64,000 nucleotides of DNA from an uncultured Nitrososphaerota archaeon (GTDB taxonomy: Archaea; Korarchaeota; Korarchaeia; Korarchaeales; Korarchaeaceae), in NCBI GenBank assembly GCA_964618805.1, contig CAZUBM010000001.1, forward strand, positions 32,001 through 96,000. Reading direction: 5' to 3'. Positions 9,547-20,358 of this stretch are shown piece after piece. The notes under the pieces are model-generated. The model was not told the DNA's origin. It saw only the letters and a list, made by a program, of their open reading frames with translations, and ran no database searches. Position 1 is the first letter of the stretch, and each line of letters opens with the position of its first letter. The position numbers and the translations under genes were made by a program.

Positions 9547-11289
9547 TTAAAACAGGGTTCTTACGATTGCCTTAATTATTCCCAAAGGTCTTAATGAACT
9601 TAGTAGGCCAATTCTAGGATATAGCTCTTTTTTAAGGAGAAATTCCTTTTCCTCCATCAAATCAATTATCTTAGCCTTTAGAGAATTGAGCACATGATGC
9701 TTATCTTCCTCGCTCCTCACAGTTTTCTCGATCAGAGACAGACATTCTCTGCTGAATGATGTTCTTTCCCTTACTGCAGTGAGCGTTTCTTCATCAATGA
9801 TTCCGTACTTTTCTTTTATTTCTGCTAATCTTTCAGCAGCGCTTAAGCTAGCCTCAACGATTTCCCCTCTATCCATCCAATTCGTACTGTAGTTAAGGGT
9901 ATATTTCCAGTGAAGCTCTAACAATGCCTTTCTATGTTCAGAAAAAGTTCTGTAGATGATATTGTACCCGAATTTTTCTGGATTCTCAAAAGCAAGGCTT
10001 CCTGGATCAATAAATGGCGCCAAGGGCGCCGTAAATGCCTCTAGTTTACCTGGCACATTGCTTCTATTCAGTAAGTACTCAAAGTACCTAGCTATACCTA
10101 CTGCATCCTCTATTGTTTGAAGAGGTAAGCCTGTCATAAAGTAAAGGTCTATTCTTTTTATACCAACCTTTATTGAGTTATCTATCATCTTTTCCAGCGT
10201 TTTGTTCCTATATAGTCTCCCATAATTATATCGAATCCTTTCGACGTGAGTTTCAGGAGAAATCTGTATGTAAACGTTATCTCCTAGCCTAGATAGTTGA
10301 AGCAGAAGCGATCTATTAACCGGGAAGAAGAATTCGAACATTAAATCATTCCCAACGTCGATGGCTTTGAGTTCCTTAATTATCCTATCAGCTCTCTCCC
10401 TTCCGCCAAGTCTAACATCGCCTAAAATAAATATTGGGGCCTTTAACTTCTCAGCTATTGATTTCACTTCCTGCCCAATCCGTTCAGGGCTTTTCAAAGC
10501 TAGAGAACATCTATTCAAGAAGTTAGAGTAGAAGCTCTTTGATCCTCCGCAACCAGCGCAATTAAAAACACAGCCTTTTGCTGTAAGTACTGCTGTTATT
10601 GGGTTTTTCAGAAATGAGGCAAAAGGGGCCGATATAGCTAAATCTTTCGTTCTTAATATCTGTCTGACCATGAAATCATAACTAGGACTAACATAATCAA
10701 GGGACTCAGGGACATAGGTAAGAGCATTCTCACGAATCCTACCATTCTCTCTCCAAATCAAATTTGGAACGTTAGAGAAGTCTCTGTTCCCTTTTAGCAC
10801 CTTTTCAGCCAGAAGAACAAACGGATCTTCTGTAGAATCTCCTCTCAAAATGAAGTCTATGAAAGGATAGCTCTTCATTATCTCAGCCCAAAAATAAGAG
10901 GAGGATACGCCCCCGAGTACTATGGGGGAGTTGGGATGAAATCGCTTTATCATCTTAGCAATTTCTATGGCTCCATGTGCGTGAACCAGCCAGTGTAGAT
11001 CAATACCGTAAATTCTTGCGTTTAATCGCTCAAGAAAATTGGGTACACTGAAATTTTTATCTATCAGCATTTTAGAGGCGAGATTATAGATAACAACATT
11101 AAATCCTCTTTCCTCAAGGGAGGAAGCAAGTGTTAGGAAACCTATCGGGTACATGTCAAATACGTATAGAGATGGAACGACTTCGCTTACCGGTCCAGGA
11201 AAGACAACCTTTTCCCTGAAGTCGTACACACTTGGAGCATGAATTAATGCTATATCGCATGAAGGCATCCCTACATTCCCTTCTGACAC
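9547..11289 (-). CDS. Cobalamin-binding radical SAM protein (resembles the Ta0216/TIGR04190 family)
   Basis: N-terminal HAPSVYDFR...MYPIGF and B12-binding domain (DLHWLVH, VLGG, LRGD); CVFNCAGC radical SAM motif. Confidence 0.85.
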   Translation of the reverse strand: MSEGNVGMPSCDIALIHAPSVYDFREKVVFPGPVSEVVPSLYVFDMYPIGFLTLASSLEERGFNVVIYNLASKMLIDKNFSVPNFLERLNARIYGIDLHWLVHAHGAIEIAKMIKRFHPNSPIVLGGVSSSYFWAEIMKSYPFIDFILRGDSTEDPFVLLAEKVLKGNRDFSNVPNLIWRENGRIRENALTYVPESLDYVSPSYDFMVRQILRTKDLAISAPFASFLKNPITAVLTAKGCVFNCAGCGGSKSFYSNFLNRCSLALKSPERIGQEVKSIAEKLKAPIFILGDVRLGGRERADRIIKELKAIDVGNDLMFEFFFPVNRSLLLQLSRLGDNVYIQISPETHVERIRYNYGRLYRNKTLEKMIDNSIKVGIKRIDLYFMTGLPLQTIEDAVGIARYFEYLLNRSNVPGKLEAFTAPLAPFIDPGSLAFENPEKFGYNIIYRTFSEHRKALLELHWKYTLNYSTNWMDRGEIVEASLSAAERLAEIKEKYGIIDEETLTAVRERTSFSRECLSLIEKTVRSEEDKHHVLNSLKAKIIDLMEEKEFLLKKELYPRIGLLSSLRPLGIIKAIVRTLF

Positions 11290-11550
11290 ATCACATGGGA
11301 TCTACATCTGATATCTAAGATATGAATAATCTTTACTGTTCTGATATTATTTTCAAAAACAATAGTTAAGTAAGAGATCTCGAGGCATTATTCGGCGGTA
11401 TGGTAGAACATTTTTCAATAAAATTAATGATGCTTCCAAACATTGCTTAACTTCTTCACTACATTTGGTAATGTTCAAATGAGATTGAAGAATCTCTCAA
11501 TTTAAACCTCCGGCAAGCTCCTAAAGAGTCTAAAATCATGTAGTAAGAGC

Positions 11551-12369
11551 TTAATTCTTTCTATTTGAAATATATTGAGCTATTTTTCGGAGTAATTCCT
11601 TTGCTTTGCTTTCTGGGAACGGTTTCAGCGATTCAATTGCGCTGTTTGTTAACCGATGAACTAATGAATTTAATATGGCCCTTGGATTCTCCCCCTCAAC
11701 TAGAGAGGAGATCTCTCCAGGCTTACCCCAATCCATTAAATCATCCTTAACCTGATAAGCAAGCCCTATGTGCTTGCCATATTTACTTATTTCCTCCACT
11801 AACCTCTCAGGTGCGCCAGCTATTATTGCACCCATTCTAGCAGCAGCCTCAAAAATGGCTGCTGTCTTCTTGTAAAGTATGTCCATATATGAATTGATGT
11901 CTATCAACTTTCCCCGTTTTCTCACCAAAAATTCCTCCATTTCTCCTTCGCTCATCTTAATAGCCGTCCAGGAGAGCGTTAAAAGTACTCTTTTATCTGC
12001 ATATCTTGAACAAACGTCTACTGCAACGGACATAACGTAATCAGCCATCAACATAGCCATTTCCTCTCCAAATCTCCTCTGGAATGAAGGTTTTCCTCTT
12101 CTAAGTACGTCCTTATCTATTAGGTCATCGTGTATTAGCGAGAGGTTATGCATTAGTTCTATTGCTGCTGCTGCCGGCTTTGGATTCCCTTTCCCTCCGC
12201 TTACCTCGTTAACAAGTAGAAGAATAATTGGTCTTATCCTTTTACCCCCTTTTAAGGCTTCCATGAGTGGCGTGTAAAAAATGGAGTCCGAATATGCCGA
12301 TAAAACTTCTGCAAGGGCCACTTCGGCCTTTTCTATGTATGGTTTTAGTTCTCGTTTTAATGCAATCAT
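11551..12369 (-). CDS. Polyprenyl diphosphate synthase family protein
   Basis: GGKRIRP, first Asp-rich motif LIHDDLIDKDVLRRG, KTA, second motif YQVKDDLMD. Confidence 0.92.
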   Translation of the reverse strand: MIALKRELKPYIEKAEVALAEVLSAYSDSIFYTPLMEALKGGKRIRPIILLLVNEVSGGKGNPKPAAAAIELMHNLSLIHDDLIDKDVLRRGKPSFQRRFGEEMAMLMADYVMSVAVDVCSRYADKRVLLTLSWTAIKMSEGEMEEFLVRKRGKLIDINSYMDILYKKTAAIFEAAARMGAIIAGAPERLVEEISKYGKHIGLAYQVKDDLMDWGKPGEISSLVEGENPRAILNSLVHRLTNSAIESLKPFPESKAKELLRKIAQYISNRKN

Positions 12370-12545
12370 GGCTTACCGATATTCTATAGTCTAATTCATA
12401 AGTTTTCCTCTACTTACAAACTGAACTCATCTCGTATTTGGGCCATTGAGAAGATTACCTGCACGGAATTCACTCATGTTCGGAGCAAAGGATAAGCAAG
12501 TTGGTAAAATGCTTTACAGAAGCGTTGTAGGAGGATGAAATAACT

Positions 12546-13571
12546 TTAGCATCTTACTACCTTGTTTCTCATCGATGAACTTACGAAAACATTGAACAGG
12601 AAGAGAAGACCATCAGCTTTTGGCTTTTCCCCTTGAAACAATGAAAGAAGAAGACTCACAGGAGCTTCCTTTATTATCCTCATTCTTATGTCTTTTGGTA
12701 AAGATAAGATCTTCTTAAGCCATCTTCTCCCTCTTTTCAATCTATCTCCATATCTCTTGTTCCAGAGCTTCTGATAATTCGGTTTATAACATATTGAGCC
12801 CGAGTAGAGCGCATATCTGATACCTTCCCCGGTGAACGGCATTACCATACCAGCGGCCTCGCCAGCCACAACAACATTCTTGCTTTGAATTTTTCGAAGA
12901 GGACCTCCTGTAGAGAAAATCCCTCTCCTTATCCCTCTGATAACTTTCAAATTGAATCTTTTAAGAAGAACCCCAAGATCTTTACTTAGAGTTTCTATTC
13001 CAGCAAAGCCACCGACTCCAACATTATACAAATCCCTTCTAGGAAAGATCCAAGCGTACCCGTAGGGTAAGATGAACAAATTTATCGCATCCTCTGGCAA
13101 CGCCTCAGCACAAGCGCAGTAACATTGTAAGGCGGGCGCAGATCTGTATCCAGAATAATCAAAGAAAGACCTTGCAATGCTACCAGGGTTTCCCGTAGCA
13201 TCAACTATCAGGTCGAAGTCTTCTGGACTTGGGACTTTTCCTAATACTACTTTCGCTCCTTCCGCTTCTGCTTCCTCCATGAGTTCTCTTAGAAATGATC
13301 TTTTGTCGATGATGTACCCAGATAAAAATCCACGGACCTCTCTCACAAAGCTCCATCCTAAGTAGAACAAACATCTTTTGATCTCGTTACATATGAAATC
13401 TCCCTTTTTTAAGGGAGTAAAAAGTAAAGCTTCTTCAGGAATGGCCTCTCCACAAGGCTTTATACCCAATTCCTTTCTCTTTTCATAAACTCTTACAGAA
13501 TGGCCTTCTTTAGATGCCCAATACGCACAGTTTAGCCCTGCTGGACCTGCTCCATATATAATTATCTTCAT
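12546..13571 (-). CDS. Geranylgeranyl reductase family FAD oxidoreductase
   Basis: GAGPAG, KPCGE, GYAWIFP, GEAAGMVMPFTGEGI. Confidence 0.87.
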   Translation of the reverse strand: MKIIIYGAGPAGLNCAYWASKEGHSVRVYEKRKELGIKPCGEAIPEEALLFTPLKKGDFICNEIKRCLFYLGWSFVREVRGFLSGYIIDKRSFLRELMEEAEAEGAKVVLGKVPSPEDFDLIVDATGNPGSIARSFFDYSGYRSAPALQCYCACAEALPEDAINLFILPYGYAWIFPRRDLYNVGVGGFAGIETLSKDLGVLLKRFNLKVIRGIRRGIFSTGGPLRKIQSKNVVVAGEAAGMVMPFTGEGIRYALYSGSICYKPNYQKLWNKRYGDRLKRGRRWLKKILSLPKDIRMRIIKEAPVSLLLSLFQGEKPKADGLLFLFNVFVSSSMRNKVVRC

Positions 13572-14794
13572 ATAGGCACCTTTGAGGGAAAATCAAGGAG
13601 CTTATAACTAAACGAGGATTTATCTAATGCAATAACCCCTCTTATCATCTTTGATGGAACTATCCATAGAAGTGAGAGGAGCTTATATTTCATAAGAAGA
13701 TCTACTATCTTTCTAGCCCTCAATGCAACGTTAAAGGTCCTCTCAAAGCACTTAATCATTGAACTCTTAAACAAGGAACTAGCTTCTCTAGGATCTTCAA
13801 ACCACTTTTTTAGAGCTATAAAAGCTATAAAAGAGGAGACAGCTGCTGTTGGTATTCCTCCACCATTCACTGGCATCACTAAACCAGCAGCATCACCTAT
13901 TAATAAGGAAAAGCTGTTAGCTAAGTTCTTAAATATCCCGCCTACAGGCAGGGCCTTCCCATAAATCTGACCTAGGCCTTCTAAACCCCTCTTTCTCATA
14001 AATTGGTCATGACAGCTCCTTATATTGACTCCATAGCTATCCCTAACTCCTACACCTACACTTAGGAGGTCCCTTCCTCTTGGAATTACCCAAGCGTATC
14101 CTCCTGGGGAGAACTCGTTGTAGAACCCCATGTAGACCGAATTATCAGGATAGTCTCCCTTAGCTAACTGAACGGTTACATATGCAAGATCATCCCCTTT
14201 TACCTTGTTATTAAGACCCATAGATCTAGAAACTCTCGATGGAAATCCATCAGCACCTATTATAATGCGAGACCACTCCAAAAACTCTTTCTTCCCTCTA
14301 AGTAAAGAGACGACTTTACTATCAGAAACTTTACTTCCAATATAGCTAGTTGACAGATACAATTCTGCTCCATTGCCTTTGGCAATTTTAATTAGTCTAG
14401 AAATGGCTTTTTTTCTTGATATCACCTTTCCCTTTAGATCTAGCATTTTTTCCCTTCCACTAAGATCAACTATTACTTGATCCGTCTCATGAAGGGTTAA
14501 TTCATCGCTATAAAAGCTCTTTCTCATGAACTCAGTTGCAGAATAGAATTCTTCTGGGAATGCTTTCCTAATCAGTGAGAAGTCTGGAAGGAATTCGCCG
14601 CAGATGGTAGGTTCTTCAATACCTTTTTTTCTATCAACAACGAGAACTTTAAACCCTTCTTTGGCAGCAAGCGAAGCTAATGAGGCTCCGGCTGGACCGC
14701 ACCCTACGATAAGTAGATCATACATTTTCCTTTCTCGACCTTCCAAGGGTCTTTGGGTTTCTGAAGACTTCATAGAGCTTATTTTAGGTTCCAT
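13568..14794 (-). CDS. Geranylgeranyl reductase family FAD oxidoreductase
   Basis: VGCGPAG, ICGE, GADG, GGYAWVIP, GDAAGLVMPVNGGGI. The true start may be the internal MYDLLIVG. Confidence 0.87.
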   Translation of the reverse strand: MEPKISSMKSSETQRPLEGRERKMYDLLIVGCGPAGASLASLAAKEGFKVLVVDRKKGIEEPTICGEFLPDFSLIRKAFPEEFYSATEFMRKSFYSDELTLHETDQVIVDLSGREKMLDLKGKVISRKKAISRLIKIAKGNGAELYLSTSYIGSKVSDSKVVSLLRGKKEFLEWSRIIIGADGFPSRVSRSMGLNNKVKGDDLAYVTVQLAKGDYPDNSVYMGFYNEFSPGGYAWVIPRGRDLLSVGVGVRDSYGVNIRSCHDQFMRKRGLEGLGQIYGKALPVGGIFKNLANSFSLLIGDAAGLVMPVNGGGIPTAAVSSFIAFIALKKWFEDPREASSLFKSSMIKCFERTFNVALRARKIVDLLMKYKLLSLLWIVPSKMIRGVIALDKSSFSYKLLDFPSKVPI

Positions 14795-14843
14795 TTAAAG
14801 GATAACGCTACCTATTTTAAACAAGCAAATCCGACTTTAATTC

Positions 14844-17174
14844 CTAAGATTTATCGTTAGCCATTGCAATTACCGTCTGACCTAGGGCAATTCCTCCATC
14901 GCCAGCTGGAATTCTCTTTGGAAGCCTAACTTGGATATCTGCCTCTGAGAGAGCATCCTTTATGCCCCTAAAGAGATAGCTGTTTACGGCTGCTCCACCT
15001 CCAACGAATACCTCGTTTAACGTCGCCTTCGAGCTGTACAGGGCCGCGATATCTCCCAACGACCTCCCTAAAACGTATTGCACTGTAGCGGAGAGATCAT
15101 TTAGCGGAAGATCTATGTGCTCTAGGACCCATTGTAGTAATCTGGCGGTATCAACAACTGAGAGATCTCCCTCCGTGGTTAAGATGCTTTCTACATCTCT
15201 TACTCTCCCTCCTTTTGCAAGAGCTTCTAATTTAATTGCAGGTTCTCCTTCATATGTTCTTTCCAAGCATACTCCTAAGAGAGCGGAAATAGCGTCCAGA
15301 AACCTGCCTACGCTTGATGATTTAATGCATTTCCCTTCTTTTGCCTGCTTGATGGCTATTTCCAACTCAATTCTTCCTCTTCTCAATCCTCGAGCAAGCC
15401 CTCTTCTGACAATGACTCTTTCTATCTCTTCCTCTCCAGCAAAGACGGAGAGGGCTCCTATCAACATCCTAACAGGGAACTTTGTTGCCAAATCCCCTCC
15501 CGGCATCGGCAGATATTTAAGCCTTCCAACCCTCTCGAACTCACCATAATTAGTTAAGAAAACTTCTCCCCCCCATATAGACCCGTCAAGGCCATAACCA
15601 ACTCCATCCATCAGGATGGAGACAACTCTTTCTTCCATCTTAACTCCCCAGTCAGCCATAACAGAGGCTGCATGAGCATGATGATGCTGAACTTTGATCA
15701 GGGGGACTCCTATCTCCTTAGACCAGGCCTCGGCTAGCTTTGCGCTCGAGTAAGATGGATGTAAATCAGCCACTAATACGGATTCCCTGACATCAATACC
15801 GTAGGTCTTCAAGAAGAAGTTCAGACTTTTCTCCAGCTCCTCCAAATCCTCGAATTCATCCGTATCTCCTATATACTGGGTCAAAATCACTTTATCTTCG
15901 AAAGCTACAGCTCCTGCATTTTGAAGCTCAGCTCCAAAAGCAATAACAGGGCGTCTTAAGCAAAATGGAAGCCTTATCCATGAGGGAGCATATCCTCGAG
16001 ATCTCCTCAGAAACACCAAATTTCCATCTGTAAACCTTAAGACGCTGTCATCTACCCTGTTAATGATCCTCCTGTTATGCATTAGGTAATAATCTACTAT
16101 ATCCTTCAACTCTCTTAGTGCACAGGATTCATCTAGGCACATTGGTTTTCTTGGAGGATTTCCGCTTGTCATTATCAGAAAGCCATCTTCAACTTCTTCA
16201 AGGAGGAGGTAATGCAAACCGGTATAAGGAAGCATTAAACCCTGCTTATCTAAACCAGGCGCAACATATCTCGAGACAGGGCTATCCTCTCTTTCATCAA
16301 GGAGAATAATCGGCTTTTGTGGACTTTTTAGTAAATTCTCCGCTTTTTCACTTAAATAAGCTATCTTTCTGACTGTTTTAATATCTAAAGCCATCAAAGC
16401 GAAGGGTTTCTGAGGCCTTTTCTTCCTTCTTCTAAGCTCAAGGACAACAGAGTCGTCAGTAGCTAGAGAAGCTATATGAAAACCTCCTATCCCCTTTATT
16501 GCTAGAATTTTGCCTTCTGATAAGAGTTTAGCTGCTTCTATTATAGGATCTGAGGAATTAAGGATCTCTCCGGAGCTATCAGTTAACCATAATTTAGGTC
16601 CGCACGAAGGACAACATATCCCTTGGGCATCAAATCTTCTAACATTGTCTTCGTCATAATATTCGGATCTGCAATCCTCACAAAGCGGAAAGTCCTTCAT
16701 TGCAGTGTTTTCCCTATCGTAGGGGATTCTTTCCATCATTGAAAATCTAGGTCCGCACCAAGCACAGCTGTTAAATGCGTACCGGAACCTCCTATCTCTA
16801 GGATCCTTTATCTCATTTAGACAATGATCACAAATCCCTATGTCTGGAGGTATCATTGATGGCCTAATCCGAGATTTGCCGCTCTTGAGTATTGAGAAAC
16901 CATTTAATCCTAGAAATGAGCTTTTTTCTACTCTTATCTCCTCGATTATTGCTGGAGGGGGCTTTTCTTTCCTAAGAAGTTGGAGAAAAGAACTTATTTC
17001 CTCATTAGTTCCTTCAACATGGATTTCAACTTCGCTTCCTCCCATGTTCCTAACAGTTCCCCTTACACCTGACCTTCTGGCTATCCTGTGAATAAATGGT
17101 CTGAAGCCCACGCCTTGTACAATTCCTGAAATGTAGATGTTTAGGGCTTTAACTGTCATTTTGGCTTTTTTCAA
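14844..17174 (-). CDS. hypF: Hydrogenase maturation carbamoyltransferase HypF
   Basis: Acylphosphatase domain GIVQGVGFRPF, two Zn fingers, KGIGGFH, QHHHAH, GDGGIALGQ. Confidence 0.97.
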   Translation of the reverse strand: MKKAKMTVKALNIYISGIVQGVGFRPFIHRIARRSGVRGTVRNMGGSEVEIHVEGTNEEISSFLQLLRKEKPPPAIIEEIRVEKSSFLGLNGFSILKSGKSRIRPSMIPPDIGICDHCLNEIKDPRDRRFRYAFNSCAWCGPRFSMMERIPYDRENTAMKDFPLCEDCRSEYYDEDNVRRFDAQGICCPSCGPKLWLTDSSGEILNSSDPIIEAAKLLSEGKILAIKGIGGFHIASLATDDSVVLELRRRKKRPQKPFALMALDIKTVRKIAYLSEKAENLLKSPQKPIILLDEREDSPVSRYVAPGLDKQGLMLPYTGLHYLLLEEVEDGFLIMTSGNPPRKPMCLDESCALRELKDIVDYYLMHNRRIINRVDDSVLRFTDGNLVFLRRSRGYAPSWIRLPFCLRRPVIAFGAELQNAGAVAFEDKVILTQYIGDTDEFEDLEELEKSLNFFLKTYGIDVRESVLVADLHPSYSSAKLAEAWSKEIGVPLIKVQHHHAHAASVMADWGVKMEERVVSILMDGVGYGLDGSIWGGEVFLTNYGEFERVGRLKYLPMPGGDLATKFPVRMLIGALSVFAGEEEIERVIVRRGLARGLRRGRIELEIAIKQAKEGKCIKSSSVGRFLDAISALLGVCLERTYEGEPAIKLEALAKGGRVRDVESILTTEGDLSVVDTARLLQWVLEHIDLPLNDLSATVQYVLGRSLGDIAALYSSKATLNEVFVGGGAAVNSYLFRGIKDALSEADIQVRLPKRIPAGDGGIALGQTVIAMANDKS

Positions 17175-18330
17175 AGCCTATCTCCTCCAACAACTCTCTT
17201 ATCAATTTATAGCCCCCGTGCCTAGTCCAAACATTGCAAGTTCCCTCTCTGCTTACCATACAGGGACCTAGAGGATGCGATGTTGTACAACCCTTATTAA
17301 AATGCGGGCAATCAGTTGGAATAGCTAGTCCTAAGGTTATCTCAGCACACTTACAACCCGGAGGTAAGTCCTTACCCTCATTTCTCAAGTTTAAGGAGTA
17401 TTCCTTTACCGCATCATAAGGTGAGAATTCCCTCTTAAGGTCAAGGCCACTCTTCTTGAGTACACCAATGCCCCTCCAATATGCGTCGACTACCGAGAAG
17501 GCTTTCATTACATAATTCCAAGCCTTTACATTCCCATCCCACGTTACTACCCTTCTATACTCATTTACTAACCTTGCCTTCCCTTCTTTTATCTGCCTCA
17601 ATATTTCAAGGACCGCAAGAATGTAGTCTAATGGTTCAAAGCCTGCTACGACCACTGGAAGGCCATAATGCTGAGCTAAATAATTCCAAGCCTTTGCGCC
17701 AATGATTGAGGAAACATGTCCAGGAGCAATTACCCCCTTTAATGGAATTCCTCTCTCCTCATGTAAGAACATTGCGTGATCTAGCCCAGGAGCAGTAAGC
17801 CTGTAAGCTGAAAGCAAAGACATGCCCTTTGGGACTTTCCCTCTTACTATCATAGTCGCTGTAGTTGGAGCTGTTGTCTCAAATCCAACCCCTAAGAACA
17901 CGGATTTTTCACCATCGAATGACTTTATTGCATCCTTAAACCCGTAGACGATCCTTACATCACAACCATATGAGCTTTTAGCTAAAGAAAGGCTCTCTTT
18001 ATTTCCAGGGACCCTATAAAGGTCTCCATATGTGTAGATTCTTACTCCTTCTTTTGCCAGCTCAATCGCTGAGTCGATTACAGAGGCTGGAGTCACACAA
18101 ACAGGACATCCTGGTCCAGCCACTAGCTGAAGACCCTCAGGCATGAGGTTTCTCAAGCCAAACCTTGTAACAGTATCCTCGTGAGTTCCACACACATGCA
18201 TTATCTTTATCTTCTCGTAGCGTTCCAGAAGTTCGTCTGCGAGCTTTGCAATGACTTTTACTGCCCTTTTCCCTACTCCCTTCATCCCCCTGTACTTTCT
18301 TTCTATTAGCCGTAGTGGACCAGACATCAA
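17149..18330 (-). CDS. hypD: Hydrogenase maturation protein HypD
   Basis: MHVCGTH, GPGCPVC, GFETT, PGHVS, GPCMVSREGTC. Confidence 0.97.
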   Translation of the reverse strand: MMSGPLRLIERKYRGMKGVGKRAVKVIAKLADELLERYEKIKIMHVCGTHEDTVTRFGLRNLMPEGLQLVAGPGCPVCVTPASVIDSAIELAKEGVRIYTYGDLYRVPGNKESLSLAKSSYGCDVRIVYGFKDAIKSFDGEKSVFLGVGFETTAPTTATMIVRGKVPKGMSLLSAYRLTAPGLDHAMFLHEERGIPLKGVIAPGHVSSIIGAKAWNYLAQHYGLPVVVAGFEPLDYILAVLEILRQIKEGKARLVNEYRRVVTWDGNVKAWNYVMKAFSVVDAYWRGIGVLKKSGLDLKREFSPYDAVKEYSLNLRNEGKDLPPGCKCAEITLGLAIPTDCPHFNKGCTTSHPLGPCMVSREGTCNVWTRHGGYKLIRELLEEIGFEKSQNDS

Positions 18331-18386
18331 TCCCCTAGGTTTCTCCGACTATTTATTAATTGAGCATATAGAAAAAATGATCTAGA

Positions 18387-19400
18387 TTGAGAATAACGCT
18401 AGCTCATGGCTCTGGAGGAAAGGAAATGCTTGAGTTTATAGAGAAGAGGATAGCTCCCGTTTTCTCATTAACTAGAGTTATGGATGGACTTGGACTTCCT
18501 GACATGGAGGATGGCTCAACCATACCGCTAGGAGAAAGGGATGTAGTTATCTCAATAGACAGCTACACTGTAAAGCCCCTCTTCTTCCCTGGAGGAAATA
18601 TTGGAAGCTTGGCAGTATGCGGTTCTATAAATGACATAGCGGTCATGGGCGCGATTCCTCTTGCGATTCTTGATGCAATAGTTGTAGAAGAGGGCTTTGA
18701 GATAGAAAAACTTCAAACAATATTGGAATCAATGGAAGTAATTCTCAAAGAGGAAAAAGTCGCTCTCATAGGGGGAGATTTTAAAGTGGTTCCAAAAGGG
18801 GAGCTAGATGGTGTTGTTATAAGTACGGTCTCAATTGGGGTTGTTGAGAGAAGAAATCTTCTTAAAGCAGATCAAATACGTCCAGGAGACAAAATAATAG
18901 TCTCTGGCACGGTTGGAGATCATGGAGCTACCATATTAGCAGCACAAGAGGGAATAAGTGTTGTGGGAGGCTTAAAGAGCGATGTGGCTCCTATAACAAA
19001 ATTCGTCAGGAGGGCCCTAGAAGCCGGAAGGGTCAGAGCTGCAAAAGATCCTACTAGAGGAGGGCTTGCCATGGCATTAAACGATTTTGCCACAGCCAGC
19101 CAGCTAACGATATTAGTTGAGGAGGAAAAGATACCCATTAAGCAGGAAGTCTTAAGCTATTGTGAGATGTTAGGCGTAGATCCTTATTCTTTAGCTAATG
19201 AAGGAATGGTTGTGATGGCTGTAGATCCTGATAGGGCTGACAGTGTTGTAGATGCCTTAAGGGAAGTAGGGGCTAAGGAAGCAGCCATAATAGGTGAAGC
19301 TAAAAAGGGAAGACCTGGGTTTGTGCTTCTGAAAACAGTCGCTGGAGGATTGCGTCTTCTAGAAAGACCAACAGGAGAGATTGTACCAAGGATATGCTAA
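18387..19400 (+). CDS. hypE: Hydrogenase maturation protein HypE
   Basis: LAHGSGG, PLFFPGG, DPTRGG, ANEG, C-terminal PRIC. Confidence 0.97.
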   Translation: MRITLAHGSGGKEMLEFIEKRIAPVFSLTRVMDGLGLPDMEDGSTIPLGERDVVISIDSYTVKPLFFPGGNIGSLAVCGSINDIAVMGAIPLAILDAIVVEEGFEIEKLQTILESMEVILKEEKVALIGGDFKVVPKGELDGVVISTVSIGVVERRNLLKADQIRPGDKIIVSGTVGDHGATILAAQEGISVVGGLKSDVAPITKFVRRALEAGRVRAAKDPTRGGLAMALNDFATASQLTILVEEEKIPIKQEVLSYCEMLGVDPYSLANEGMVVMAVDPDRADSVVDALREVGAKEAAIIGEAKKGRPGFVLLKTVAGGLRLLERPTGEIVPRIC

Positions 19401-19621
19401 GATTCCTCTAGTTTTCTTATAAGCTCCTTCCACAATTCTAACGTTTCTTTAGCTTCTTCAGGACTTAGTCTCGAAATTATAGCTCCAGCATGGATTATGA
19501 CGTAATCTCCCGGCTTTACGTCAAGTAGGGAGGCATCAACTTCCTTTTTGATGCCTCCAAATTCAACTATTCCGATGTCCCCTTTGACCTCTATTACCCT
19601 TGCTGGTATTCCTAGACACAA
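19397..19621 (-). CDS. hypC: Hydrogenase chaperone HypC
   Basis: CLGIPARV and GDYVIIHAG. I placed the start at TTG 19621 (after GAGGA) so that Cys becomes residue 2, as HypC requires. Confidence 0.95.
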   Translation of the reverse strand: MCLGIPARVIEVKGDIGIVEFGGIKKEVDASLLDVKPGDYVIIHAGAIISRLSPEEAKETLELWKELIRKLEES

Positions 19622-19881
19622 TCCTCTTTCAACCACTTTCCTAAGTACTGAGAGCCTATTTTAATGTTATAGTATGGAGTGCGAAGAAAGGGACATATCT
19701 TACCTGAACTACACCAGAAAAGTCGATGCTTCTTTTGCCTATGGGCGATGGATGTGTAAGCAAATCTCCAACCCATGGACGAAACGTCATATCCAATAAG
19801 CATGATTTATCTTGATGCATGAAACTTGACGCCATTCGTCTCGCGCTATTTATAACTATCAAATAAACTGCATTCAATGAT

Positions 19882-20358
19882 TTGAGAGATAAGAAGATAC
19901 TTATCGCAGGGATAGGTGACTTGCTGAGAAGTGACGATGGTTTTGGACCAAGAGTAATCAATAGGTTAGAAAACATGGATTTGCCAAATTACGTTGTTGT
20001 AAAGGACTATGGAACAAGCGGATTAGATTTGATCTTTGATCTTCAGGAATTTGATGAGGTAATATTTGTCGATGCCATGGATTTCGATGGTAAGATTGGA
20101 GAAGTGAAAGCTATAGAGGTAAAACCAAGAAGAATTAACGAGAAAGAGATCATTAGATCGATAAACTTAAGCTTACATGAGATGGATCTTGAGAAAATAA
20201 TCGATCTGGCAAATTCACTTAATATACTACCGAAAAAAACGATAATAGTTGGTTGTAAACCTAAAGACTTATCCTTTGGACTAAAGTTATCAGAAGAAGT
20301 TAAGAGAGCAATAGATGTGGCGATTGAGATCATTCTTGAAAAAATAAAAGGGAATTAA
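19882..20358 (+). CDS. Hydrogenase maturation endopeptidase
   Basis: GIGDLLRSDDGFG, IFVDA, SLH. Confidence 0.93.
   Translation: MRDKKILIAGIGDLLRSDDGFGPRVINRLENMDLPNYVVVKDYGTSGLDLIFDLQEFDEVIFVDAMDFDGKIGEVKAIEVKPRRINEKEIIRSINLSLHEMDLEKIIDLANSLNILPKKTIIVGCKPKDLSFGLKLSEEVKRAIDVAIEIILEKIKGN

Noticed and set aside
19612-19976. ORFs between hypC and the maturation protease
   Set aside because: No motif. They overlap real genes or the divergent promoter region, and none of the frames I read looked convincing.
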